A stretch of 64,000 bases of DNA from assembly GCF_009914755.1 (NCBI RefSeq), contig NC_060925.1; one strand, written 5' to 3'. The number at the start of each line of letters is the position of its first letter. Position 1 is the stretch's first letter. The stretch comes from the human T2T-CHM13v2.0 reference genome, Homo sapiens. This document shows positions 11,711 through 25,830 of this stretch, in pieces. The notes under the pieces are model-generated. The model was given only the letters and a program-made list of their open reading frames with translations. It did no database searches and had not been told where the DNA came from. The position numbers and the translations under genes are program-made.

Positions 11711-13749
11711 CATGTGTTGTGCTGGTTTCTGTTCATTTAAATCTGTCGGTTGCTGAGACCTAGCGATTCCCTGCCTTTCCCTCCCCATTATGGGGGGTGC
11801 CTAGCTTTAAACTTCTCCAGATGTCATCCTTTGCTCTTTGGGGCATCACTAGATGGGATAGTTGGCTTTCAGTCCTGTTCCTCAGTCTTGGGCACCTGAT
11901 GCTCAATTTTTCATTGACAAACCCTGAAACATGGCACCAAATATATCCTTTAGATCAACAGTTTGGTGTTTAGAATTTTGATGTACAACTGAATTGCTAG
12001 ATACCTTAATTATTTTCTCTGAATGTACAAACACCTAAAACATACACCTGTTGTTCAGCTTGAACCTTTGACCCCTAACATTCTGCCACAGAACTCGTCT
12101 CAGAGAGTTACTCACTTGAGTTACATCTGTTTCATGTCTAAACGTGTGTCTCATTGTTGCAAATACATATCAGAAAAGAATGGGAAGGGGTACCGGAGGA
12201 AGAAAGAACCATTTTAGACAGCATGGGTGTGATAATTCAAAGAAAGACATTCCACTGAATTTCCTGGAATTTCCAGGGCGTATGATTCCTTTGGCCTGCA
12301 AGAGAGCCAGGCCCCCTTGCTTTTTGTGCTTCTCTATAACATTCACAGGCTAGACATAAAAACTGGCCACTCGCCGCTGGTGCCATTCTTCAGAGAAGAA
12401 TGTCTTCGTTAAATGTCAGATTCGTACACATGAATTCTGTGCCTACTTCTTTGACCTCATGTATGTTTCCTTTAAATGATCACTTAAGACACAGGTGTCT
12501 TCATTTTACTCTCTGAATTGCACATCAGGGGTCTTTCCTAATCCATCAAGAGCCATCTGATGTTAATACCATTCAGCACTTCTTTCAGGGGATAATTTAT
12601 GTTCCTTTTCTTGGTGGAGGGGAAAACATCCCTTGCATTTACCTTCTAGTTATGGGTAGAGGCACCAGCCACCAGCCATTATGAAACGCAAGACAATTTG
12701 TAAGCTGCCAGGAACAACAATGGATTAGAGAGGAAGGAAGTTGGGGGCGGATGGTGGCTATGGCAAGAAAACTTGATGTGTATGGTAAGTGTAAATGAAG
12801 GTCTATCACAAATGCATTAAAAATTGTTTTATGTAGCCAAGTTTATGTTTTGATACTTTAATTTTAAAAAGGATGATGACTATGCATTTACCATCAAGGC
12901 ATTTAGTTTCTTTTGTTTCACATTTAGAGGAAAGGGAAGGTGGGGGGATCTGAGAGAATAAACTTAGATGGGGCCACCACCAATATCAAGCACCCGGTTT
13001 GGCAGTGTCTGCACTGAGCTGTCTCCTGTTGGTAGTGGTGATGTCACACTGCCAGGGTGTGGAAAGCCACCCTCCCTCCTCTCTCTTGCCTTCCACCTGC
13101 CCCTTTGGCTTTCCCTGAGAGCTGGCCTGACACCTGTTTCAGAGTCAAGAGCTTTTAAAGGGTTCTGGCCCAGGACAGGAGTTCTGGAATGGAATCTTTC
13201 CACTTTCTGTTAACTAAAATACTATTTTCCATCTGTATCCTAATTTCTCCCCATGGGCTTTGAATAAACCCTCAACACTCCAACCCATATCAAGCTTTCT
13301 CCTCTCTTCCCTGTCCCGTAACCTCTGGTTGGGTTCATGTACTGTTTCTTTGTGGCGTGAACAGCGTTTCCAATTAGAATCTGCCTGAAAGGAGGTCCCA
13401 TTTGCCCACTGAGCATCCTGTGTTCTCATGGTGGCTCTAACTCCAGAAGATTTTAACACAGTCTCATCAAACACTGCTTTCAGGGAGGAATTTACACTGA
13501 GGTTAAAAGGACTGTTGAGGACTAATGCTAACAGAAGCTAACATTTATTGCGTAGGACAATACACTAAACACTTCACATGTATTATCCCATTTAATCCTC
13601 ACAACAACTGCTACCCCCATTTTACAGATGAGGGAGTGGAGAGCTCAGTAACTTGCTCGAGGTCTCACAGTGGATCTTTCCAAAGCTGAAGCCTATGCTT
13701 GTTTTCAACAGCAATGATTTCAAACAAGAGTATATACATTTGTGTGTGT

Positions 13750-14175
13750 GTGCGTGGTAAGATATACAAAAAATTTGCCATTGTAACTATTTTGAAGTGT
13801 ACAATTCAGTGCCATTAAGTACATTCACAATGCAGTGTAACCATTACTATCTAGTTCCAGAACTTTTTCACTGTCCCCAAAGGAAATCCTGTACCCATTA
13901 AGGAGTCACTCTTCATTCCCCTTCCTTCCAGTCTCTGGCAACCACTAATCTGTCTTCTGTTTCTATGGACTTGCCTGCGCTGGATATTTTATGTAAATAG
14001 CATCATACAATATGTGGCCTTTCGCACAATACGGCTGGCTTCTTTCACTTAGCATAATGTTTTCAAGTGTCAGCCTAGCGTATTATGTAATAGTACCTTA
14101 TTTCTCTTTATGGCTGAATAGTATTCTGTTGTATGGATACTATACTTTTTGTTTATCCATTCATCAGTTGATAGA
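13750..14175 (-). mobile_element. Old L1 (L1M-type) 3' fragment
   Basis: Typical antisense L1M 3' sequence (gtgtacaattcagtg...ggcaaccactaatctg...tctttcacttagcataatgttttcaag...tttatccattcatcagttga). Confidence 0.8.
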
Positions 14176-14701
14176 CAGGTGTGTGTATGTTAAGAAACAG
14201 CTAGCCTTTATCTTCAAGAACTGAATCTCTAAGGTAGGATTTCAGGCCTGATGTCAAGCTGGGAGAAAAGAGAGTTGGAAGCAGGTGCTCCTTTTCAGGA
14301 CTTCCAGGTAACAGCTTGGAAATTACTTATTCCTGGGCTCGCTCTGTGGGCATGGCAAGGCAGGAGGTATAGTAGCACCTGTTCCCCATGGATGTAAATG
14401 GCTTCCAAAGTACTTCTGCATAGTAGAGAGGTTAGTAGAGGAGGGCCTTTGATAGGCTCCTGGAATGTAAGCTCACACTTTCCATCCTACCCTCTTCTCC
14501 CGGCATTTCACAGGGTAGGGGGTAAGAAGAGGCACGGGGCAAACACTGGGGGCCTTGAGAAAATATTTGGGCTCCCTGACACAGGATGTTGGTATAAACA
14601 TGATGGAGGAGAAATAGAGGTGGCCCCTTGGATAATTTAATCCCCCACTCAGCCCAGCCCCTTTCTGAAGTGGTTGTCCTGGATTCTCCATAACATGCAT
14701 G

Positions 14702-14704
<3 letters not shown>

Positions 14705-14732
<28 letters not shown>
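14705..14732. repeat. (CA)n microsatellite
   Basis: Direct reading. Confidence 0.95.
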
Positions 14733-14736
<4 letters not shown>

Positions 14737-15437
14737 TTAATTATGCAACTTATTTGGCTTGCCCAAGCTTTTTTTGTAAGTTCTGTAGTGGTTCAGAAGG
14801 AAGATTTTAAAAGCAGCAAGACCTGTATTCAAATAATACCTCCACTGCCTACGAGTTCTACAAATGCAGGTATGTTTCACAACTTCAGGTTTTTTTTACC
14901 TGTAAGATGAGAAGCGTTGCAATAGTATCAAACTGGAATGGAGTTTGATACATAGTATGGCGCCTAGAAGAAGCAATCTCTCATGTTATTATTAAAGGTT
15001 GAGGTTATTACTAAAGATTTCCATTGTCAGCATGAACTGAGATTTTATGGAAGAGTGGGCTAAGAACCAAGACTGCGAATTCTAGGTTAAAAAAAAATTT
15101 AAACCGTGTACTCAAATGGTTCAAATTTATCCCATCATCTTGCGTTCCTGTAGACTCTGCCTAGTTGCTGAATCTTTTGAATTTGGGGTGAGGAAGGGGA
15201 AGCAACCACACATTTTCTCATTTGAAAAATTTTTATTTTGGCACCCACTTGAGTACCTGGCACGGTGGGGCTGTCCTCTATGGGGGCAATGGAGTATTAG
15301 TGAGGGCATTGTGGCCCTGGCCTGGGGGATGAGAACAAAGGGGTATGTGACAGCAACAGGTCACAAAGGGAAGCAGAAGATAAATATGGCTGCACAGGGG
15401 GTTTAGGCAGAGAGGGTCGTCACTTCCTGTCACTAGG

Positions 15438-15484
15438 ACTACAGTTTGTAGTCTCTCTCAGGGAGAGAGACTACAAACTGTAGT
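15438..15484. repeat. Perfect 22-bp inverted repeat with a 3-nt loop, upstream of the GARIN4 ATG
   Basis: ACTACAGTTTGTAGTCTCTCTC-AGG-GAGAGAGACTACAAACTGTAGT. Confidence 0.97.
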
Positions 15485-15812
15485 TAAAAAAATCAGAGGT
15501 GGAGGTCAGGGGGTTAGGTCCAGAAGAAAACCTCTCTGGAGCCCACCCTGCATCTCTACGTCTTGGAAGAGTCTGGAGTCCAGGCACCCTACAGCACCCC
15601 CCACAGCAATCATCCGTGCTCCCACCCCCACCCCGGCCTCTGGGAGGCTCTGAGGCAACAGTGGGGGCCTGTGGGGTGGGGTGGGATTGAGAGACCAGCT
15701 GCAGAGACATCTTTGTGACCCAGGAGCACCACTGGTCCCTCATCTGCCACCGAGGCCAAGGAAGACCCAGAGACCTGCCTCACCAGTGCTGCCGTTGTGC
15801 TGAAAGACAACC

Positions 15813-17597
15813 ATGAATGCTGATTTTCTGCTGCCGTATTATACGGCCCAGAGTGGCTCCAGCATGAGCATGTTCAACACCACCATGGGGAAACTGCAGC
15901 GACAACTGTACAAGGGGGAGTACGATATATTCAAGTATGCACCGATATTTGAGAGCGACTTTATCCAGATCACCAAAAGGGGAGAAGTGATTGATGTGCA
16001 CAACCGTGTCCGTATGGTGACCATGGGCATTGCACGTACCAGCCCCATCCTCCCACTCCCAGATGTCATGCTACTGGCACGACCGGCCACCGGCTGCGAA
16101 GAGTATGCTGGACATGGCCAGGCCACCAAGAGAAAAAAACGCAAGGCAGCAAAGAACTTAGAGCTCACCAGGCTTCTGCCCCTGAGGTTTGTACGGATCT
16201 CTGTTCAAGACCATGAGAAACAACAGCTGCGCCTGAAGTTCGCCACTGGCAGATCTTGCTATCTGCAATTGTGTCCCGCTCTTGACACACGGGATGACCT
16301 CTTTGCCTATTGGGAAAAACTAATTTACCTCTTGCGGCCACCCATGGAGAGTAACAGCAGTACCTGTGGCATTCCAGCTGAAGACATGATGTGGATGCCT
16401 GTGTTTCAGGAAGACAGGAGGAGCCTGGGAGCCGTGAACCTTCAAGGAAAGGGGGATCAGGACCAGGTCAGCATCCAAAGCCTCCACATGGTCTCTGAGG
16501 TGTGTGGGGCCACCTCTGCTGCTTATGCTGGAGGGGAGGGACTCCAAAATGACTTTAACAAACCCACTAGTGTGCTCAATGCATCCATCCCCAAAACATC
16601 TACAGAACTTGCTGAGGAGCCAGCAACAGGGGGGATTAAAGAGGCAGCAGCAGCAGGGGCAGCTGCAGGGGCAGCAACAGGCACCGTAGCAGGTGCCTTG
16701 AGTGTGGCAGCAGCCAATTCTGCCCCTGGACAGGTGAGCGCAGCCATAGCTGGGGCGGCCACCATCGGTGCAGGAGGAAACAAAGGCAACATGGCCCTTG
16801 CAGGCACTGCCAGCATGGCTCCAAACAGCACGAAGGTGGCTGTGGCAGGGGCTGCAGGCAAGTCCTCAGAGCATGTTTCCAGCGCATCCATGAGCCTTTC
16901 CCGAGAGGGCAGTGTGAGCCTGGCCATTGCAGGAGTAGTACTGACCAGCAGGACAGCTGCAGAAGCAGACATGGATGCAGCAGCGGGACCTCCCGTCTCC
17001 ACCCGGCAGAGCAAGAGCAGCCTGAGTGGACAGCATGGAAGGGAGCGAACCCAGGCCAGCGCTGAAGGCTGCAAGGAGGGGAGGGAAAGAAGGGAAAAGG
17101 ACAGGGCTCTCGGAAGGAGTTCCCATCGCCGCAGGACAGGTGAAAGCCGCCACAAAACAAGGGGAGACAAGATTGCCCAAAAGTCCTCCAGCAGGTCCTC
17201 ATTCAGCCACAGAGCCAATAGAGATGACAAAAAGGAGAAAGGCTGTGGCAACCCGGGGAGCAGCAGGCACAGGGACTCGCATAAAGGTGTCAGCCACACG
17301 CCCATCTCAAAGGAGTCCAGGACCTCTCACAAATCTGGGAGGAGCTTATGGACCACCAGTTCCGGTTCCAGCAAGGGACTTGGCAGGGTCAGCTCTTTCC
17401 TGAGGAACGTCAGAGCCAACCTTACTACAAAAGTAGTGGGCACACCACATGGCAGAGATGTGGACGTCATGGCTAAGATGGCGGAGAGGAGCACCAACGT
17501 GGCCATCGCCGAGACAGCAGAGGGTGGCCAGGGGCTGGAGACGGTTGGTTCTATGACACCGGACATCATGGAGACAGTGACCTTTGAAGCCCATTAA
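15813..17597 (+). CDS. GARIN4: GARIN4 (FAM71A), Golgi-associated RAB2 interactor family member 4; single-exon 594-aa ORF
   Basis: Long uninterrupted ORF with Kozak accATG. N-terminal FAM71/DUF3699-type domain (FESDFIQITKRG...LPLPDVMLLAR...LELTRLLPLRFV...LRLKFATGRSCYLQL...FAYWEKLIYLLR), Ala/Gly-rich middle and Arg/Ser/Lys-rich tail. FAM71A is the known neighbour of ATF3. Confidence 0.96.
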   Translation: MNADFLLPYYTAQSGSSMSMFNTTMGKLQRQLYKGEYDIFKYAPIFESDFIQITKRGEVIDVHNRVRMVTMGIARTSPILPLPDVMLLARPATGCEEYAGHGQATKRKKRKAAKNLELTRLLPLRFVRISVQDHEKQQLRLKFATGRSCYLQLCPALDTRDDLFAYWEKLIYLLRPPMESNSSTCGIPAEDMMWMPVFQEDRRSLGAVNLQGKGDQDQVSIQSLHMVSEVCGATSAAYAGGEGLQNDFNKPTSVLNASIPKTSTELAEEPATGGIKEAAAAGAAAGAATGTVAGALSVAAANSAPGQVSAAIAGAATIGAGGNKGNMALAGTASMAPNSTKVAVAGAAGKSSEHVSSASMSLSREGSVSLAIAGVVLTSRTAAEADMDAAAGPPVSTRQSKSSLSGQHGRERTQASAEGCKEGRERREKDRALGRSSHRRRTGESRHKTRGDKIAQKSSSRSSFSHRANRDDKKEKGCGNPGSSRHRDSHKGVSHTPISKESRTSHKSGRSLWTTSSGSSKGLGRVSSFLRNVRANLTTKVVGTPHGRDVDVMAKMAERSTNVAIAETAEGGQGLETVGSMTPDIMETVTFEAH

Positions 17598-17687
17598 ATA
17601 AGACCCAGAGCTGGAAGCTGCAAAGGAGCCCAGAGCTCATGGGAGTGTCCCTGGAAAGCCTATTCCAGCGTTCTTTACTGCCGTTTA

Positions 17688-17693
17688 AATAAA
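17688..17693 (+). terminator. GARIN4: GARIN4 polyadenylation signal AATAAA
   Basis: First canonical hexamer, ~90 nt after the stop codon. Confidence 0.75.
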
Positions 17694-20600
17694 GAATCAT
17701 ACATCTGAAAGTGGCTTGCTGGCTGAATTTTTGTGTCCCACAGCCCAGCAGTGACCTCACAGTGGATTCTGTGATGTCAACTGTGCTGCAGCCTGAGACC
17801 CCAGGATCCAGTCAAGGGTAGCCCCACCTCACACCCATGCTCAGCAGAGCCCAGATGAGTGCTCCAGCTTTCCTCAACCCCTTCCTGGCTTTGGTTCGCC
17901 AGGACTATGGCTGAAAGTCAGGCTGGGAGCTTGAAGCTCTACCTCCACCATCTCCCCATCCTTTTTATAAACTTGCCCCCTCCCAACCCTGGAAAATCCA
18001 AAGACGAAGCAAGAACAGAACTCTCACCCCCTTGCACTATTCATAGGAGGGAGTAAGGGAGCAGCAGCATGTGTTGGCAACCAGAACAGGGAGGAGCATT
18101 GTCTAGACTTAGCAATTCCACCCCTAAGTATACTCCCAAGAAACACACATGTTGCAGGAGACAGCCATGAGAATGTTTATAGCAAAATAATACTGGAAAC
18201 TGCCTAAATTTCCATCAACAGAATTGAGAGGGGTATATGCAGTGACAAATAAATGGCAGCTACACACATTAGCGTATTAGCATAGATAAGTTTTGCTCTT
18301 TCAAAAACTTTAAAAAGCAAATTGCAGAATAAGATATAATTCTACCTACAGGACAATTCAAAAACAAGATCAAATACAAATAATATGTTACATATTGGAT
18401 ACATGTTTGGTAAAACAAAACCAAGGGAGTGGGAAAAAATTCAGGACAGTGGTTTTCTCTGGGGTGGAAAGGCAAGAGATTGGATCAAGGAGGTGAACAC
18501 AGTCTTTCAGTGGTGTTGGGAATTGTTTTAGTTCTTAAGGGAGGCGGTAGGTACAAGGCTGTTTATTATTTTGTTGGGTTTTGCATTTCAACATTGTGTT
18601 TTGCATTTTAATACCTCTGGAATCAGAATGGTCCTACAACCACCGTGGCAGTTCTGATGAAGTTATTGCTCCAGACATATATTCACCAATTCCTTCTCCT
18701 CAATGCTTTCATTTTTATGCATGCACAAAAGTGATCTAAGTCTGAAAGGCCCATTTTGTTAAGAATCACATGAGAATGACATTATTACCAAAAGCCTTGG
18801 GAAAGAAAGAATGATATCCCTATTTTACAGAAGAGGACACTGAGGCTCAAGAGGGTAACTTGCTCCAGTCACACAGAGGGACCTTTGCAGATCTACCAGC
18901 CCACTTCTTTATGCAAAGCCCTGTCTGAGACATGGGAAGGAGGCAAACCCAGCAAATCCAAGGAGAATCGGGCAATGCAAGAACCTGAGACTTACCAGGT
19001 TCCTACCACCATGGTCTAAAACTTTATAGAGATGAGCACCAAAATTCCTGGATTGAGAGGAGGGAATGTGGGGGCAGGGGACATGTCTGGTGGTGAGCTG
19101 CTGTGAGTTGGCTTTGGAACTTCAATGAGCTCATAGTCCTTAGTTGGCCTTATCTCAAGAGTGTCCAGACCACCCTTAAGCCATGTCTGGCTCCCAGGCT
19201 TCGCTCCCCAGCCTCTGCCTCAGCTATAAACAGACCTCCCTCCTGGAATTCCAGGCCTTGCTCCCCAACAGGGATCGCTTCTGACGGGGGCTGCATCTCT
19301 TTGCAGCCCAGTCCTCGCCCAGCTGCTAATAAAACATTTAAAAGCCAGGCCCAGAATGGTTTCTCCGTACCAGATCTTCAGGAAATTTTTTCTGCTGGGA
19401 TTCCAAACCACACGTGAGGGGGTAACGAGTTAGGTCACAGCATCCTTGCTACTTGGACCTCCACAGTTAATTCCTAAAGCTACTTTTGAGAAAAGTCACA
19501 CATTTCATTATGCAGGTAAGGAGAGGTCTCTTCTGTCCACAGAGGGAATTGTAGGCATGAATCCATGAAAGAAAGGGGTTTGAGAAAGAAAGAAGGCCCA
19601 AGACATACACACAGCCACCATTTCCTTCTGCAAAACAAGGCTCGTGACCCCAGGATGAGGAATTAATGGGGTGAGTCAAGTTATTCTTAATAAAGGGGGG
19701 AACATGCCAAAGATTAGATATGAATTGGCTCTGTGAGGAAAACAACCTCAGAATCATTAACCCAGAATTCTAGGGAAGATTGGGGGGCCTGCAGGGGGAT
19801 GAATTAATGGTTTACTCTTGACCAGCTTTTCCCTTGACCCAAGTGGGGAAATTACAAAAAGATCACATCGCATTCCTTTAATCTTCTGATTTCCACACAG
19901 GCAAGTGTAGGTAAACACTAGTCTGGAAGACAAAAATGCAATACAAACATTTGTACAGCCCTTAGCAGTTTATAACACCCTTTCATTACGTGTTCTCTTC
20001 TGATTCTCACATCTCTCCATTTTGCAGATCAACAAACTGGAGTTCAGGTCATCTAAAGGACTTGTTCAAGGTGGGAGGTGATGGGGCAGAAGGAACAACT
20101 CCAGTGCAACAGCTTTCGGGCACCACCAATGTGTGCTGGCCATGGGTCCCACATGGAGGTACAGAGCCAGTGGAGGACAAAGGACAGGCGTGTGTGTAAT
20201 TATTGCAACCCTTGAGTGACAGATACAATGAGAGATGCATGTTTAGGGAACAGGATTTGTTCAGAGGAGGGATTCTGGGACACGGGTCAGGAAAGGCTTC
20301 GCAGAGGAAGTGGCAGTTTTGAAGGATAAGTAGGGCTGTGCCCGGTGAAGAAAGAATGGGGAGAAAGGGTAAAGGTGGAGGAGGTGTGGAGTGAGGGGTG
20401 GAGAGAGGGAATTAGGCCATGGAGAAGAATGTGTGCAAAGTACAAAGGCTTGAAACATCACAGTGTTTTGGGGTGATTGCTGGGTAGAGGGCCAAGGAGA
20501 GGAGGGACACAGGGCAGGAAAATCAAGCAGCCAGTTCTTGGGGCCGTGGGGTGCTGTGTGGATGCCTGGCCTTTCGGAGCCACTGGAGGCTGATGTCTGA

Positions 20601-22661
20601 TGGAAGTAAGGGCTGTCTGGCTCCAGGGTAGAGACTTGATGGGCAAGGGGCTCCCTGGAGCCTGGGACCCTTCAGAAAGCCATTGCACTAATCCTGGCCA
20701 GAGATGGGAGGCCCTGAACCTAGCTGGCTGTTAGGAAACCAGGGGGAGAGAGTCAAGAGGTGTTGAAAAGACGAAACAGGACAATAGTCTTTTCCATGCC
20801 CTGAAAGACAGAGCACACATGGGTTAGGCCTGACACTCTCCTAAAGGAGGCAGAACTGACAAAAGTGGAGACATCTTCCCTCTACCATGACTGTTGTTCT
20901 GTAAAGGGGGCTGCAAGCAGAGGGGCTCATGGCAAGCAAGGAGGAAGATGTTAAGGTGTAACACAACAGCTTCTAGACCCATGAGGGGCAAAACACAAGG
21001 ATAAGGCAGCCAGGTGCGGCTGCGGGGTTTCAGTGCTGGAGACCTCTGAGAGTAGAGGCCTCCTGAACTCTTCTTCCTTTCTCATCTGCTGGGAACTGGG
21101 TCAGATGCTCTCCTACTGGGCCTTTCTCCGCGGGGCATGAGTCGCCCAATAGAGCCTCTGGTGGCCCTGTGCTGTTACTGCAGGTCAGGGCTGGAAGGAG
21201 GGGAGCCAGGATTGAGGCTAAGACACAGTCACCCTTCCCCTTTTTCACACCACAATCAGCCTGGTGCTGATTCACCTATAATCAGCTCAATCCCTCAGCT
21301 GGCGGCCACCCCTGAGCAGGCAGCTGGCAGAGCTGCGAGCTGGTAAAGATGAGCGTCATCCAGGCAGTGTGGCTCTAGTCTCCTGGCAGTGGGGTGACAG
21401 AGCGTGGAATGGCTGCAAGACAGGTCCCCTGAGGGGCTGGGATCCCGACTCAAGGGGACAGTGAGTAACTGCCAAGAGTCGGGGTGGGGTGGAGTTCATG
21501 TCAGGGTCCCTCTGCAGGCGCTGGTCATTTGAGAAACAATTGTTGAGCACCTACGATGGGCCAAGACGGGAAATCAGGCACAGTGAAGATGCTGCCATAC
21601 ACAGCAGTAACACAAACCCAAGTGGGGGATGGCTCTCGGGCAGCACGCAGAAGGAGGCTTTGCAGAGGAGGGGAGGTCTGAGCAGAAACAGCAGGCTGAG
21701 CGCTCCTGGAAGAGGCTATGGCGTGACAGGGAAAGAGAAGGGCTTGGGTGACATGGGCCTCTTCATAGATGGCAGACAAGCTCAGTGTGCCCAGGCGCAA
21801 TGTGTGATGTGCTGGAGGAGAGTAGGGGGTGGGGGGCGAGCAGTGGGAAGGAGCATGACAGTGTGAGGAAAATTAGGCTGAAAGGAGGATGAGATCTGGA
21901 AGGGAGGTGGAACTGACTAAAGCAGAGTGTCTTCCCCCTGCAGGGACTGTTGGTTGTAAAGGGGACAGCAAGAAGAGAGGCTCACAGGAAAGCAAGGAGG
22001 AGTGTGTGGCTTTCCAGGTCTCCATTCCCGAATGCTGCATAACTCCCCTGAGTCCTGTGATTTTTCACTACCCAAATGGGAGCTATAGTGCAGGGGTGAG
22101 GGGTGTGCACAGCTGGGCTCTTTGAGAACAAAAGGGCAAAGGAAGCCCAGACTCTTCCCCTTTGCCAGTTTAGAGAACCTGAAATGTGTTGTGGAGGCCT
22201 GTGTCTTCCCCACACTCTCTAATGGGAGCTTTCCCACAGATGTGCCAAGGTATTGATCTCTCTCTTCTTGGGGGCGGCTGAAGGATGAGTCCAGTCAGCA
22301 TTGACTGCAAGGATCCCCAACTGGTATGCCAGTGTGCCATTCCGATGTTGTCATTTTCTGCGTATGCCATGGTCTGCAAAAGGTTGGGAAGCATCTTCCT
22401 AGACATGCACACAACACAGTGAGTGTGAACTATGAGCACAGAAGCCAGGAGAAGATGAGAGCCACCTTCCTTAAAGAGCTGGCCTGTTCCTCACAGCATC
22501 AGTTGATGCCAGTCTTGTCACCCCTGTTTTCTTTTCCCACTGACATTGGCATAGCCCCAGAACCCTGTCTTAAAGCAATTTACACTGCTTCAAGGAGAGA
22601 TGAGGAAAATGTGGACAAATATAGTACATTTTTCGTAAAACTGTTCATAAAGTTAAATTTA

Positions 22662-23800
<1,139 letters not shown>

Positions 23801-23831
23801 TTCTCCCTTTTTCATGATAAACTGTACTTTA

Positions 23832-24793
<962 letters not shown>

Positions 24794-24804
24794 CGATATA
24801 ATGA

Positions 24805-25263
<459 letters not shown>

Positions 25264-25329
25264 TAAAAAACAAAAACAAAAAAATCTCCTGCCATCCTGT
25301 TCCAGTGTGTTTTGTTTTATAAAAAAAAT

Positions 25330-25830
25330 CTAGGCACAAACACAGCAGGAATTTGGGTAGGGCTCAGCTAGGTGATTCTTCCGCTCCCTGTGGTATAAAG
25401 TGAAATTGATCAGTAATACTTAGCTGCAGCATGGGCTGGTCTGGAGAGTCCAAGATAGCTTCATTCACTTATTTGATAAGCCTTGAGGGAAATGATTAGA
25501 AGGCAGGGTTCAGCTAGGATTGTCAACAGGAATGCCAATGTGTGGCTTCTCCAGCACAATGGCCTCAGGTAGTCAGATTGGCTTCCCTCAGAACAAATGT
25601 CTCAAAGTAACTAAGGGAAAGCTGCTTCTGACCAAGCCTCAGAAGTCACTTGGAATAACTTCCACCACATTTTATTGTTCATGCAAGTCTTACGGCCAGC
25701 TCAGATTTAAAGGGAGAGAAACTAGACTGCATTTATCTTGGTAGAGAAACGGCAAGATCACATTGTATAACAGCATGTGAGATGGCAATACTATTGTGAC
25801 TCTCTTTGAAAAAATACCATTTTCCACACC
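25330..25830. mobile_element. MaLR (MLT1-type) LTR remnant
   Basis: caggaatttgggtagggctcagct...gagtccaagatagcttcattcac...ggccagctcagatttaaaggg...agactgcatttatcttg resembles MLT1; boundaries approximate. Confidence 0.6.

Noticed and set aside
16523-17305. 260-aa and 188-aa antisense ORFs over GARIN4
   Set aside because: These are shadows of the GCA-rich low-complexity sense CDS, with no independent evidence.
16569-17465. GARIN4 residues S253 and D551 seem to differ from the reference protein as I remember it (N at both)
   Set aside because: This is memory-based and most likely reflects common polymorphisms or a different assembly haplotype; it cannot be verified here.
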